From Candidatus Bathyarchaeota archaeon (GTDB lineage: Archaea; Thermoproteota; Bathyarchaeia; Bathyarchaeales; Bathycorpusculaceae), in NCBI GenBank assembly GCA_963832745.1, contig CAWHVC010000004.1:64001-128000 (forward strand): a stretch of DNA of 64,000 nucleotides, read 5' to 3'. Shown piece by piece: positions 9,830 through 20,632 of this stretch (positions are counted from its first letter, which is position 1; every line of letters begins with the position of its first letter). Position numbers and translations under genes: made by a program. The notes under the pieces are model-generated. The model worked only from the letters and a program-made list of their open reading frames with translations. It was not told the DNA's origin and made no database searches.

Positions 9830-10739
9830 TCAGGTTAAACGTTTAAGGGGTAATTATGCTGTGAATGAAACTGGCAAGCTGGAAAATTTAACTAAAGTAA
9901 AAATCACAAATTTAGAAAAAATGCTTTACCCCCAAATCGGCGTTAAGAAAGCCCAAGTAATCGAATACTACATTTGGTTAGCCCCTAAAATTTTGCCCTT
10001 AATCGCAAATCGCCCACTGGTTCTAACAAGGTACCCCAACGGCATCCAAGGCTCAGTAAGTTTCTTTGAAAAAAACGCTCCCGAAGGCAAACCTGACTGG
10101 GTAAAAACAGTTCCCCTTTATTCAGAAACCAGCAAACGCGAAGTTGACTACATCATATGCAATGATCTTGATACGCTAATTTGGCTGGCAAACCTTGCTG
10201 CACTTGAAATTCACATGCCTTTCGCCAAAGTCGCCAATCGAGAGCAACCTGACTTTTTGTTTTTTGATGTTGACCCTGAACCGCCAGCAACGCTTGGTGA
10301 TGGTGCTGAAGTGGCGCTTTTGCTTAAAGACAAGCTTTGCAGCATGGGGCTTGAACCGTTCATTAAAACTTCAGGCAAGAAGGGTTTGCATGTAATTGTT
10401 CCAATTGTTGAGGGCTGCACGTTTGAGCAGACGCGCTCCTTTGTGCATAAAATCGGTGTTGAATTAGCTAAAGAGACTCCTCTTGTAGTTTCCGAGTTTA
10501 AGGATACCAAGAAGCCCGGTAAAGTGTTTGTTGATTACTTGCAGAATTCTCAAGGTCGAACAATGGTGATTCCCTACAGTTTGCGTCCTACCCTGCAGGC
10601 GACGGTTTCTACGCCGCTCGAATGGGCTGAGGTCAAACGGGGACTTAACGCAGAAGAATACACCATCAAGACAGTTCCAGAACGTAAATATGACCCTTGG
10701 AAAGAAATTTTTAAGAGAAAAGCCAAACTGCCCGTCTGA
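9807..10739 (+). CDS. ligD: LigD primase-polymerase domain, stand-alone
   Basis: RYPNGI..FFEK, NLAALEIH, PDFLFFDVDP, KTSGKKGLHV, FVDYLQN..G.T...PYS.R motifs; true start may be GTG ~9861. Confidence 0.92.
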   Translation: MLSMNQGNQVKRLRGNYAVNETGKLENLTKVKITNLEKMLYPQIGVKKAQVIEYYIWLAPKILPLIANRPLVLTRYPNGIQGSVSFFEKNAPEGKPDWVKTVPLYSETSKREVDYIICNDLDTLIWLANLAALEIHMPFAKVANREQPDFLFFDVDPEPPATLGDGAEVALLLKDKLCSMGLEPFIKTSGKKGLHVIVPIVEGCTFEQTRSFVHKIGVELAKETPLVVSEFKDTKKPGKVFVDYLQNSQGRTMVIPYSLRPTLQATVSTPLEWAEVKRGLNAEEYTIKTVPERKYDPWKEIFKRKAKLPV

Positions 10740-10813
10740 GAGTTTGGGGCAAAATTTTTTAATAATCGTAAACTTCGCTATTAATCAGTATCAGACTTTC
10801 TGGATGTGTTAAT

Positions 10814-12007
10814 TTGCAGTATCGTGTAGTTCCAAAAAATGGTGATAAACTATCTGTGCTCGGCTTTGGTTGCATGCGTTTACCCTTAAATGGGCAAGCC
10901 ATTGATGAGTCGCGTGCTATAAAACAAATCCGTCTTGCAATCGATAACGGCGTAAATTATGTTGACTCCGCGCCGCCCTATCACGGTGGAGAAAGCGAAA
11001 AAGTCCTTGGTAAAGCCCTGCTCGATGGTTACCGCGAAAAAGTAAAAGTAGCAACCAAACTCACCCCTTTCATGCTTAACAAGGCTGAAGATATGCAGAA
11101 AATGCTTGATTTGCAACTGCAAAAACTTCAAACCAACCACATCGACTACTATTTGGCTCACGGGTTAGATGAGGATTCTTGGCGTAAAATGCAGGATTTT
11201 GGTGTGCTAAAATTTTTAGAGAAAGCAAAAGCTGACGGCAAAATCGTTAACATTTGCTTTTCTTTCCATGGAACGCTTGAAACTTTCAAGGAAATCGTTG
11301 ATTCTCACGATTGGGTGATGTGTCAAATTCAATACAACTTTTTAGATGAGCATTTTCAGGCTGGCACGGAGGGTTTAAAGTATGCTGCTAAAAGGAATCT
11401 TGCGGTTGTGGTTATGGAGCCACTGCGTGGCGGGTCATTAACCTGCAAGGTTCCACCAGAAGTGAAGCAGCTTTATGACGCTTCAAACGTTGGCTGGTCT
11501 CCGGCTGAATGGGCGCTTCGTTGGGTTTGGAATCATCCTGAAGTTACGTTGGCGCTTAGCGGCATGAATGATGAAGCCCAAGTAGTGGAAAACATCAAAA
11601 TCGCAGAGGCAGCGTTGCCAGGCAGCATGACACCTGACCAGTTGGCTTTAATCAAAAACGTTCAAGTAACCTATAGGCATCTTAGGCAGATTCCCTGCAC
11701 TGGGTGTGAATACTGTATGCCCTGCCCTCAAGGAGTAGATATCCCTCGCAGCTTCAGCGTTTACAATGATTACTGCATGTTCGGTGACGAACAACAAGCT
11801 CGTGCCTCCTACGCGTTTGCTTTATTGGGTGCTTTTGGAGGTGAACGGTCTGATGCCACACTTTGCAAGGACTGTAAACAATGCGTGGAACGTTGCCCAC
11901 AGCACATTAATGTTCCGGGGGAGCTCAAGAAAGTTTCTGACACCATTGGCGGTCAAAAAACAGAAGCAATCGCTGCTGCCATAAAAAGTCAACACAAAAA
12001 ACCTTAA
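10814..12007 (+). CDS. Aldo/keto reductase with C-terminal 4Fe-4S dicluster domain
   Basis: LGFGCMRLP, ATKL, QIQYNFLD, VMEPLRGG; CTGCEYCMPCP and CKDCKQCVERCP. Confidence 0.9.
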   Translation: MQYRVVPKNGDKLSVLGFGCMRLPLNGQAIDESRAIKQIRLAIDNGVNYVDSAPPYHGGESEKVLGKALLDGYREKVKVATKLTPFMLNKAEDMQKMLDLQLQKLQTNHIDYYLAHGLDEDSWRKMQDFGVLKFLEKAKADGKIVNICFSFHGTLETFKEIVDSHDWVMCQIQYNFLDEHFQAGTEGLKYAAKRNLAVVVMEPLRGGSLTCKVPPEVKQLYDASNVGWSPAEWALRWVWNHPEVTLALSGMNDEAQVVENIKIAEAALPGSMTPDQLALIKNVQVTYRHLRQIPCTGCEYCMPCPQGVDIPRSFSVYNDYCMFGDEQQARASYAFALLGAFGGERSDATLCKDCKQCVERCPQHINVPGELKKVSDTIGGQKTEAIAAAIKSQHKKP

Positions 12008-12055
12008 CCATTTTTATTTTTTCCTTTTTTTGTTTTAGAAAGCGTTAAAACCATC

Positions 12056-12958
12056 GTGAACAAATACTTTAATGGTCAAGCCTTTAAGCTTGAGGTTGCA
12101 GTTTTTGAGGTGACATTTTTGGGTTTAGAAGAACAAACTCGTGAAGATGCTGGGTCTGAGGAAAAGCAGGTTAGCGCTAGTGTTCCAAGGCGTTCAATTT
12201 GGTCGGGAAGTATAACAATTGGGCTTGTTAATGTTCCTGTAAAGTTGTATTCGATGATTTATGATAAGGGTGTTAGTTTCCATTTTCTGCATAAGACTGA
12301 TGGGCAACCTTTGAAATACGTGAAAATGTGCACCAAGGAAGAAAAAATTGTGCCTTGGAATGAGGTTGCTCGGGGCTATGAAGTCTCAAAAAACGAGTAT
12401 ATTCTCTTTGACAAGAAAGAGCTTGATGCTGTAAAACCTGAATCAGACAGGCGCATACGCATCAGCAAATTTGTTGACTACTTTAGTGTGGACCCAATCT
12501 ATTTTGACCGCACGTACGCTTTGATGCCTGACAAAAGCAAGGATGCCTACAACCTGCTGCTGACGGCGCTTGAGAAGAAAAACAAAGCTGGGGCAGGACG
12601 CATTACTTTGCGAACCAAAGAGTACCCAGCGTTACTGCATACTTACAAGGGCGCTCTTGTTTTAACCACTTTGCGCTATGCCTACGATGTAGTTAACCCT
12701 CAGGATTTCGAGGAAATCCACAAACTCAAAGAACCTGAAAAAGCTGAACTTGATTTAGCAGTAAAAATTGTAACAGACCTTAGCGGTGAGTTTGATATAA
12801 CGGAGTTTGAGGACACTTACCAAAAGAAGGTTGAAGCTCTTGTTGCCCAAAAAATGAAGGGTGAAAAAATAACTGTTGAAAAGCCTCCTGAAGAAGAAGC
12901 TAAAGGTCTCATGGTTGCATTGCGGGAAACTCTTAAGCAGTTGGAAAAGCAGAAATGA
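12056..12958 (+). CDS. ku: Ku non-homologous end-joining protein
   Basis: RSIWSGSITIGLVNVPVKLY, RGYEV, VDPIYFDRTY.L.P; true start may be TTG ~12119. Confidence 0.95.
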   Translation: MNKYFNGQAFKLEVAVFEVTFLGLEEQTREDAGSEEKQVSASVPRRSIWSGSITIGLVNVPVKLYSMIYDKGVSFHFLHKTDGQPLKYVKMCTKEEKIVPWNEVARGYEVSKNEYILFDKKELDAVKPESDRRIRISKFVDYFSVDPIYFDRTYALMPDKSKDAYNLLLTALEKKNKAGAGRITLRTKEYPALLHTYKGALVLTTLRYAYDVVNPQDFEEIHKLKEPEKAELDLAVKIVTDLSGEFDITEFEDTYQKKVEALVAQKMKGEKITVEKPPEEEAKGLMVALRETLKQLEKQK

Positions 12959-14399
12959 GCCGTCATCGCCACCTGTATAAGCCGATGCTTGCCAAAGTTG
13001 CAGAGAAACCGTTTTCTGGTAAAGACTGGGTTTTTGAAATCAAATGGGACGGATTTCGCGCAATCGCTTATGTTGAGGAACCGTTTAGTGTTAAAAGCCG
13101 TAACCAGAAAGAGCTTAAACAAAACTTTCCCGAACTTGAACAGCTAAAGCATTTGGCGCGTGGTCTTGTGGTTGATGGAGAAATTGTTGTGATGAAAAAT
13201 GGTAAGCCAGATTTTCAATCGTTGCTTGAGCGTGGGCAAGCTGTTTCGTCGCGTGAGATTGACCGGCAAATGGGTCGGGTGCCGGCGGTTTACATTGTTT
13301 TTGACGTGTTGGAGAAGGATGGCGAAAGTTTGACTGGGTTGCCGTTGGTGGAGAGGAAACGGGTTCTTAAAGAGTCGCTTACTGAAGGCTCTAATGTGCT
13401 GTTGTCTGATTTTATCGAAGAGAACGGTGAAGCTTATTATCAGCTTGCGTTGGAACAAGGTTTAGAAGGAGTCGTCGCTAAACGTAAAGACAGCCTTTAC
13501 GAGGAGGGTTTGCGGACTGGTAGTTGGCTGAAAATTAAGCAGTTAAAAACTTGTGACTGCATTATTTTCGGTTACACCGAGGGCGGTGGGGTGCGGGGAA
13601 AAACTTTTGGTGCTCTGCTGCTTGGAGTTTATGATAAAGAGGGAAAACCAGTTTATCTTGGTAAGGTTGGAACAGGTTTTAGTGAGCAAACACTTGGAAC
13701 GTTAATGGATAAGTTTGAAAAAGTTAAGACTGATGCTGAACCGTTTAAGTCTGACGTGGGCGATGTTGTAACGTGGCTAGAGCCCAAACTGGTTTGTGAA
13801 GTAGGCTATCAAGTTTTGACGCATGATTTTAAGCTGCGTATGGCACGTTTCCATAACCTGCGTGAAGATAAAGCGCCGGAAGACTGCACAATTGACCAAT
13901 TCATGGAAGCCAACCCCAAACAGGTGCCAGCAAAGGCTACTGGCGAAAAGCTGTCTGAGTACAAGTCAAAACGCGACTTCCTTCAAACCAGCGAACCCCC
14001 ATGCGGAAGTAGAAAGAAACTGGTGGTGCACCCATTTTTGTTGTTCAGGAGCATCATGCAAGTCATCTTCATTGGGATTTTAGGTTGGAAAGCGGTGGTG
14101 TTTTGAAAAGTTGGGCTGTTCCTAAAGGTGTTCCAGAGGACACGAAACAGCGGCATCTTGCTGTGGAAACTGAGGACCATCCGTTGGAGTATGCAAATTT
14201 TGCGGGCACTATTCCCGCGGGTCAGTATGGGGCTGGGACAGTTATTATTTGGGATAAGGGGCATTACTCAGTTAAGGAGTGGGAGCAGGACAAAATTGAA
14301 GTGGTTCTTGATGGTCAACGCCTAAAGGGACGCTATGTACTGGTGCGGCTTAAGCGTGGGGATGCTAAAAACTGGTTGATGCTTAAAGGAAAAGAGTAG
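12955..14399 (+). CDS. ligD: LigD ATP-dependent ligase fused to the LigD 3'-phosphoesterase domain; frameshift near 14000-14015
   Basis: EIKWDGFR motif I, EGVVAK, WLKIK, GKVGTGF; then LSEYKSKRDF..T.EP and, in the shifted frame, FVVQEHHASHLHWDFRLE..VLKSWAVPKG..EDHPLEY. Confidence 0.88.
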
Positions 14400-14401
14400 C
14401 C

Positions 14402-15163
14402 ATGGCGGTTTATGCTGGGACGATTGGGTGGAGCTACAATTTCTGGAAAGGCTCTTTCTATCCAGCTAAACTTGCCAACAATAAACTTCTCTCTTATTAT
14501 GCAACCCAGTTCAACACGGTAGAGGTTGACAACACCTTTTACCGTATCCCAAACCCTCAAACAATGCTAAACTGGAAACAACAAACCCCCAGCAACTTCA
14601 TCTTCGCCCTAAAATTCCCCAACCTAATCACGCATGTAAAGATGCTCAAGGACTGCCAAAGAGAAACAGCCCTTTTTCTTGAACGTGCACAGTTGCTTAA
14701 AGAAAAGTTGGGTCCAATGTTGTTACAGTTTCCGCCCAGTTTTGGTGAGGCGCATTTTTCTGATTTAGAGGCTTTTTTGGCTGGGTTGCCGCGGGATTTG
14801 CGGTTTGTGGTTGAAGTGCGAAACAAAAGCTTGCTTAATGAACGCTTTTTTGAGGTTCTAAAAAGCAATAATGTTGCGCTTGCTTGGGTAGACAGCCCCA
14901 TAATGCCGCCGACTTTGGAGTTGACTTCTTGTTTTGCTTATTTGCGTTTGGAAGGTGACCGTGGAAAAGTAAATGGTTTGCTTGGCAAGGTTGAGGTTGA
15001 CCGTTCAGCCGACGTTAAGGGTTGGGCTGAAAAACTTGCGCCATTCAAAGGGCGAGGAGTTGGGGTTTTTGGGTATTTTGGCAAGTTTTATTCTGGTTTT
15101 CCACCTTTGGATGCTCGGCGTTTTTTGGAAGATTTGGGTGTTGGTTACCAGACTCTGCTATAA
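14402..15163 (+). CDS. DUF72 family protein
   Basis: GTIGWSY..W...FYP, FNTVEVDNTFYR, LLQFPPSF, VEVR. Confidence 0.9.
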   Translation: MAVYAGTIGWSYNFWKGSFYPAKLANNKLLSYYATQFNTVEVDNTFYRIPNPQTMLNWKQQTPSNFIFALKFPNLITHVKMLKDCQRETALFLERAQLLKEKLGPMLLQFPPSFGEAHFSDLEAFLAGLPRDLRFVVEVRNKSLLNERFFEVLKSNNVALAWVDSPIMPPTLELTSCFAYLRLEGDRGKVNGLLGKVEVDRSADVKGWAEKLAPFKGRGVGVFGYFGKFYSGFPPLDARRFLEDLGVGYQTLL

Positions 15164-15320
15164 TCAGTTGTGTTTCTGCGTGTTTTGCTTCTTTTTTAGC
15201 TATGACTATTTTTTTTAATTGAATTAATTTTTTGTATGGACACTTTATTCATACATTTATTGTTAAAAAATTATTTGTAAGTAGGTTAATACTTACTTTA
15301 TTTAAGCTGTGATTTTGACA

Positions 15321-15430
15321 AATTATATAAGCAAAACGTGTCAATGTGCATACTTTGTTGAGAGTAGCGCTATCAATTGTCTGGCTTCAGCGTTAGGCTA
15401 GACAGTAGACGAAGCTTTCTCAAAAGGAGA
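15321..15430 (+). promoter_or_regulatory. TATA box, structured 5' leader hairpin and SD-like site
   Basis: AATTATATAA 15321-15330; nested stems 15358-15368/15414-15423 and 15376-15387/15395-15406; AGGAGA at 15425. Confidence 0.55.
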
Positions 15431-15442
15431 GATTAAAACAAA

Positions 15443-18006
15443 TTGGAAAATAAAATCAAAAAAATGTCGAGACAAAAACTGATAACAGCGTTAATAATAC
15501 TGCTTTTTGCTTCTTCAGCAATTATTGCCTTTGATGCTCAACCTATACAGGCTCAACCTTCAGCTCAACAACCAACCATTATAGTGCCTGCAGGTACTAC
15601 TCCTGAAGTAAATGCTGAAACAATTGCACACCTTAGCTTTAGGCCAAGAATTGTTGGTGTAAACCAACCTGTTCTTGTGAACATATGGCTTCAATCAGTT
15701 ACTTTAGGTGCCAACTACAAGTATACCCAATCATACAAGGTTACAATAACTAAACCTGACGGTTCAGAAGAGGTATTTATTAAAGACTCATATGTGGCAG
15801 ACGCGACAGCATGGTTAGAATATACACCAAAAACAACAGGGACTTACAGCATAAAATTTGACTTCCTTGGTCAATTCTTCCCCAACGGAACCTACTTTGA
15901 AGGTGTAAACTATGATAGCGTAGCAGCAATCGGTCCTTACACGGCAGGACAATTTAATAGACCCGCATATTTCCGTTCAACATACTACCCGCCTAGTTCT
16001 GATGGTCCATACACTCTTGTAGTTCAGGATGATGCAGTTCAATCTTGGCCTTCAATGCCACTACCAACGGATTACTGGACAAGACCTGTTACAACACACA
16101 ATCGTGACTGGTGGTCAATTCTTGGCAATTATCCCTCCACAGGCATCGTCGGAGGTGGCGATTACTGGCCAGCAGACACTAACACTTACGCTCAACCAAG
16201 ATACGGTTACTTGCCCTATGTTGTCGGACCTAAATCTGCACACGTAGTCTGGAAGCAACCCTTCAATATCGGTGGACTTGTCGGAGGAGATATGGGACAA
16301 CAAACAATCTGGGAAAGCGCCAGAGTCATCTACGGTCACCCAACACTAATCTACTCAGGTAGAGCATACTGGACAACCACAAAAGTAGTTGACGGACAAA
16401 CACAAAGCGTTTGGCAGTGCTATGATTTAAGAACCGGCGAAGTATACTGGGAAAAATACCCGGCTGTGCAAACACCAACTTTCCTCATTTATGATGCAGG
16501 TACCTCAGAAATTGCTGAAGCAGAACCGCACCTAGCCACAGTGTATCTTGGATACATGGGTAATGGATTCTTCATTAAATATGACCCATGGAACGGCAAC
16601 ATCATTGGTAACTACTCAACCGCCCCAATAACGTCAGCTAGCACATACTTTGCTGAACCCTACGCTTATGGTATACAAACTATCGGGTCTGGCTCAACTG
16701 CTCAACGTCAATTAATCAAATGGACAACTGCCGGAACAAGTAACGATTTCAGTACACGCATAATCAGCAATGTAAGTTGGCCACTTAGCAGTCTACCTGC
16801 AACAGTTGATTATGAAGCAGGTTTAGCTGTCAGCGCGTCTGCTTCAAGTATCCTTTCCTACAGTCTTGAAACAGGAAAACTTGTTGCCAATATTACTACC
16901 GGAATGGCTTATGGCACTGAAGGAACACCCGCTCAAGTAGATCACGGCAAAATTGCACAACGCTATAACGACGGTTACTGGCATTGCTGGGACTTAAGAA
17001 CTGGACAATACCTGTGGAAGAGTGAATTGTCAAGTTATCCATGGGGCACTTTTGGAACTTATGGCTCATGTAGTTACGGCGGTATGATAATGTCTAATCA
17101 ATTCGATTCAGTTACAGCACTTAACTGGACTAACGGCAAAGTTGTCTGGTCTTACTATGATCCTGCTGCTTCACCATACGAAACACCCTACACGGCAGGC
17201 AACGAAACAGTTAACCCATGGCACGCTTGCGGAATGATTGCTGATGGTGTTTATTACACAATGAATGCTGAGCACTCAGCTGATATGCCAATCAAACGAG
17301 GTTGGAGAATGCATGCAATAAACATAACCACTGGCGAAAACATCTGGAGCTTTGCGGGAACCCAATCAGGCTCAACTGATGGTTCACGTGTATTCCAAGG
17401 AGCAATCGCTGATGGATACTTAGCCTACTCAGACGCTTACACCTGCATGGAGTATGTAATCGGTAAGGGTCAAAGTCAAACAACCGTTACAGCCCCAGAC
17501 GTTGATGTTTCTATAGGAAGCGGCCTAATGATTAAAGGCACAGTTCTAGATCTGTCACCAGCACAACCCGGAACCGCCTGCGTCTCTAAAGACTCAATGA
17601 CCACCGTTATGGAAAGCATACACTTACAATTGCCAATCAGCGGCATCTATAACAACGAAACAATCGTTGGTGTTCCAGTTTCAATTGATGCTGTTGACCC
17701 TAACGGAAACCCAATACATCTTGCAACAATCACATCTGACGGATACAGCGGCACTTTCGGCTACAACTGGAAACCAACCATGGCGGGACAGTACACTATA
17801 ACTGCAACTTTTAGTGGAGACGATTCATACGGTAGCTCTTTTGCAACAACCTACGTTAACATAGTTGAAGCACGCAACAACATCAACACCAGCATCTACA
17901 CAGCTAATCACAATGCCACCCATACGAAATCTACACCATCGGAACAGGCTTAGCAATAATCATAACCGTAATTGCTGTTGGTTTATTCTTAAGAAAACGC
18001 CCATAA
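15443..18006 (+). CDS. Secreted, membrane-anchored PQQ-binding-like beta-propeller protein; frameshifted near the 3' end
   Basis: Signal peptide; repeated CYDLRTGEVYW / CWDLRTGQYLW / AINITTGENIW blades; Ig-like C-terminus; TM tail LRKRP* at 18006. Confidence 0.85.
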
Positions 18007-18191
18007 AATCATAATCTACACACTCTTTTCTTTTTTTGGCAACTCCATTTCTGTACTGTCTCAAATGTTAACATACTCAGACATACCAAAAGACATTTTC
18101 AAAGCAACCATTTTTATTGCTTAAGTAAGTATATGCAAAAAATTATGATTATCTTAAAATAGTTTCCTGGGGCGTGAAATTTCGTAATAGC

Positions 18192-18267
18192 ACCTACCCC
18201 TTAGAGATTTTCTTAGCCCCCTCCTATCTCTACTGCATTGTTTGGGTCTTAGGCTCCAAATAGGTTG
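18192..18267 (+). repeat. Dispersed bipartite intergenic motif, copy 2
   Basis: ACCTACCCCTTAGAGATTT ... TAGGCTCCAAATAGGTTG. Confidence 0.65.
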
Positions 18268-18373
18268 ATTCGATTTTTCTATTGGGTTGTTTGGTTTTTT
18301 TTGTTAGAAACATCTTTAAATAAAAGTAAATAATTATGTGTTTATAATAAAGCGATAAAGCAGTTGGTAACCA

Positions 18374-18868
18374 ATGAGACAAACGTTCACAATAACATCA
18401 CCCTTAAGCCAGACACAAAAAACCGTCTGGCAAATGATAACCCAAGGATTACCAATAACAACAATAGCAGAAAAACTCCATACCACCCGCCAATTCGTAA
18501 ACCAAACAAAAATCTCTGCAGAAGCAAAACTCTCCACAACCCTAATGGATATAGCTCAAGCAAACGATTTCCAAGTCACCAAACTGTACTCCCAACAAGG
18601 CATGCTCTTAGGCTACCATCCTGTACTGAAACGCAAGGCTATTCTCACGTACAGCACCAATTATGGCATAAAAGTGTGGTACTGGCACAACAACGCCGAA
18701 GAAGTCACAAACGAAGAATTCCTGCACCAAACACGCGTATACCTGCTCGATGTTGCCAAAGAAAGAGGCATAGAAATCCAAGACGCAGAAAAAATGCATC
18801 CCGCCAAACTGGCAACCATAATTTTTTCCAAACTAATGCCTGACGCAGGCCTAGGTGACCAACAATGA
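18374..18868 (+). CDS. HTH transcriptional regulator (sigma-70 region 4/LuxR-like N-terminus)
   Basis: LSQTQKTVWQM..GL.ITTIAEKLHTTRQFVNQ; translationally coupled to the ABC ATPase. Confidence 0.65.
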   Translation: MRQTFTITSPLSQTQKTVWQMITQGLPITTIAEKLHTTRQFVNQTKISAEAKLSTTLMDIAQANDFQVTKLYSQQGMLLGYHPVLKRKAILTYSTNYGIKVWYWHNNAEEVTNEEFLHQTRVYLLDVAKERGIEIQDAEKMHPAKLATIIFSKLMPDAGLGDQQ

Positions 18869-19794
18869 TTGCCCAAGCAAACATTTTAGGCATTTTTGAG
18901 GGCATAACAAAGAGTTTTGGCAGCCATAAAGCCTTGGATGGACTGAACTTTAAGGTTTACAAGGGCGTCAACGGTTTAATAGGTCCCAACGGTGCAGGGA
19001 AAACCACCACAATCAAGCTGCTTTTAGGTTTAATTAAAGCAAATTCTGGACAGGCGGAAATGTTTGGGCTAAACTGCTGGAGCCAGTCACAACAGGTTCG
19101 TTGCCGAATAGGTGTACTCTATGAAAAATTAGCTTTTTATGAGCACCTTTCAGGGTTTGAACACCTAAAGTTTATGGCAAAAATAAAAGGTGTTCCTGAC
19201 CCGGCGGCGGAAAGCAAAGAGGTGCTCAAACTTGTCGAACTTGACGGTGAAGCGCAAAACAAGCGCATAGGCACCTACTCGGCAGGTATGAAACAAAGAA
19301 TAGGTTTAGCACACGCCCTTTTGGGCAAACCTGACCTTGTAATTCTTGATGAGCCCACATCTAATTTAGACCCTTTGGGCAGGGAACATGTAATCAGTTT
19401 AGTTAATGAACTTAAAAAAGAGGGGTATTCTTTTTTGATTTCAAGTCACATTTTGCCTGAACTGGAAAAGGTTTGTGAACACATCGTTTTGATGAATAAA
19501 GGTCGAGTCGTAAAGCATGGGCTGCTTACAGAGTTGCTTGGAGATATTTCTCCTCAGACATTTGCGATTAAGGTTCAACCAATTACACCGCTGTTTGAAC
19601 TGCTGAAAAAAGAGGCAAGCGTAAAAGCAGTAACCCTAAACAACGGCACACTAATCGTTGACACAAAAGACCACCATGCCTTCAAGCAGCGACTTCCGTC
19701 GCTTGCCTCTGAGGCGCATGTTTCTCTTGAAGAAGTCAAAGCGGGCGGTAAGGATTTGGATTCCTTGTTTAAACTTGCGGTTGAGGAGGCTTAA
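18865..19794 (+). CDS. ABC-2 transporter ATP-binding protein (copy A)
   Basis: GPNGAGKTT, YSAGMKQR, ILDEPT, ISSH. Confidence 0.95.
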   Translation: MIAQANILGIFEGITKSFGSHKALDGLNFKVYKGVNGLIGPNGAGKTTTIKLLLGLIKANSGQAEMFGLNCWSQSQQVRCRIGVLYEKLAFYEHLSGFEHLKFMAKIKGVPDPAAESKEVLKLVELDGEAQNKRIGTYSAGMKQRIGLAHALLGKPDLVILDEPTSNLDPLGREHVISLVNELKKEGYSFLISSHILPELEKVCEHIVLMNKGRVVKHGLLTELLGDISPQTFAIKVQPITPLFELLKKEASVKAVTLNNGTLIVDTKDHHAFKQRLPSLASEAHVSLEEVKAGGKDLDSLFKLAVEEA

Positions 19795-19798
19795 AAGT

Positions 19799-20632
19799 AT
19801 GGAATCAAATGGTGTAAAGTTGGCGTTGCTTAGGACCGAGATTAGGCGAGTTTGGGGTTTTCCAGTTCTTGAATTGGCTGTGGGCTTTTTGGCTTTTATT
19901 GCCGTTACAACTATTCCTACTCTACAAGAAATAACGATTCAAAGTGAGGCTCAAGCTATCTTTAATGGGCTGGTAGCAAACTCGGTCTACGACACGATGG
20001 GCGCACAGTTGTTACCTATGGGTTTGTTTTGCGGTATATTAGTTGCGTTGTCGTTTGCCAAAGATTACGAGCAGGGTTTAATGCAGACGCTACTGTCTTC
20101 GCCGTTGTCCCGCTCAACAGTGTTTATTGTAAAATTTGTCGCTGTAACGGTTCCGTTAACGCTGTTGACTTGGGGTGTAACTACGTTTATGATAGCCCTT
20201 AACTATAGCTTAGGTGGAGCTACTGTTTCTTTGATGCTCCAAGTGGCGGCAGCTTCATTGTTAACGACGTTTTTGACGGTGTTTTTCTTTGGCGGTTTAG
20301 CCACCCTAATTGCGTTAACAATTAAACGAACCATCCCAACAGCCCTTGGGACAATGATGCTCAGTTTTCTAATGTTTTTTATAACTACGCTAAGAGCTGA
20401 AACAATAGGACCTTTAGCGAATTATATTGCGGTTACTCCTTTCAAGGCGTCGCTATTGGGGCTGGGTAAACTGTTGGGTGCAGATTCTGCGAGGGTCATA
20501 GGTCTTGCGGAGAATACGCTTGAGAGTTCCGTGCCTGCCCTTGGATTCTTGACTATTGCTCTGGTTTATGGATTGGCGCTTCTGGTGCCAATGTATCTTT
20601 ATTTCACTAGGAGGTTTGAAGTACGAGAATAA
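19799..20632 (+). CDS. ABC-2 transporter permease (copy A)
   Basis: SFAKDYEQGLMQTLLSSPLSR, multiple TM helices; start most likely ATG 19799. Confidence 0.85.
   Translation: MESNGVKLALLRTEIRRVWGFPVLELAVGFLAFIAVTTIPTLQEITIQSEAQAIFNGLVANSVYDTMGAQLLPMGLFCGILVALSFAKDYEQGLMQTLLSSPLSRSTVFIVKFVAVTVPLTLLTWGVTTFMIALNYSLGGATVSLMLQVAAASLLTTFLTVFFFGGLATLIALTIKRTIPTALGTMMLSFLMFFITTLRAETIGPLANYIAVTPFKASLLGLGKLLGADSARVIGLAENTLESSVPALGFLTIALVYGLALLVPMYLYFTRRFEVRE

Noticed and set aside
18364-18843. Alternative 159-aa ORF overlapping the HTH regulator, and other shadow ORFs in the track
   Set aside because: They are by-products of skewed composition or antisense frames of well-supported genes.
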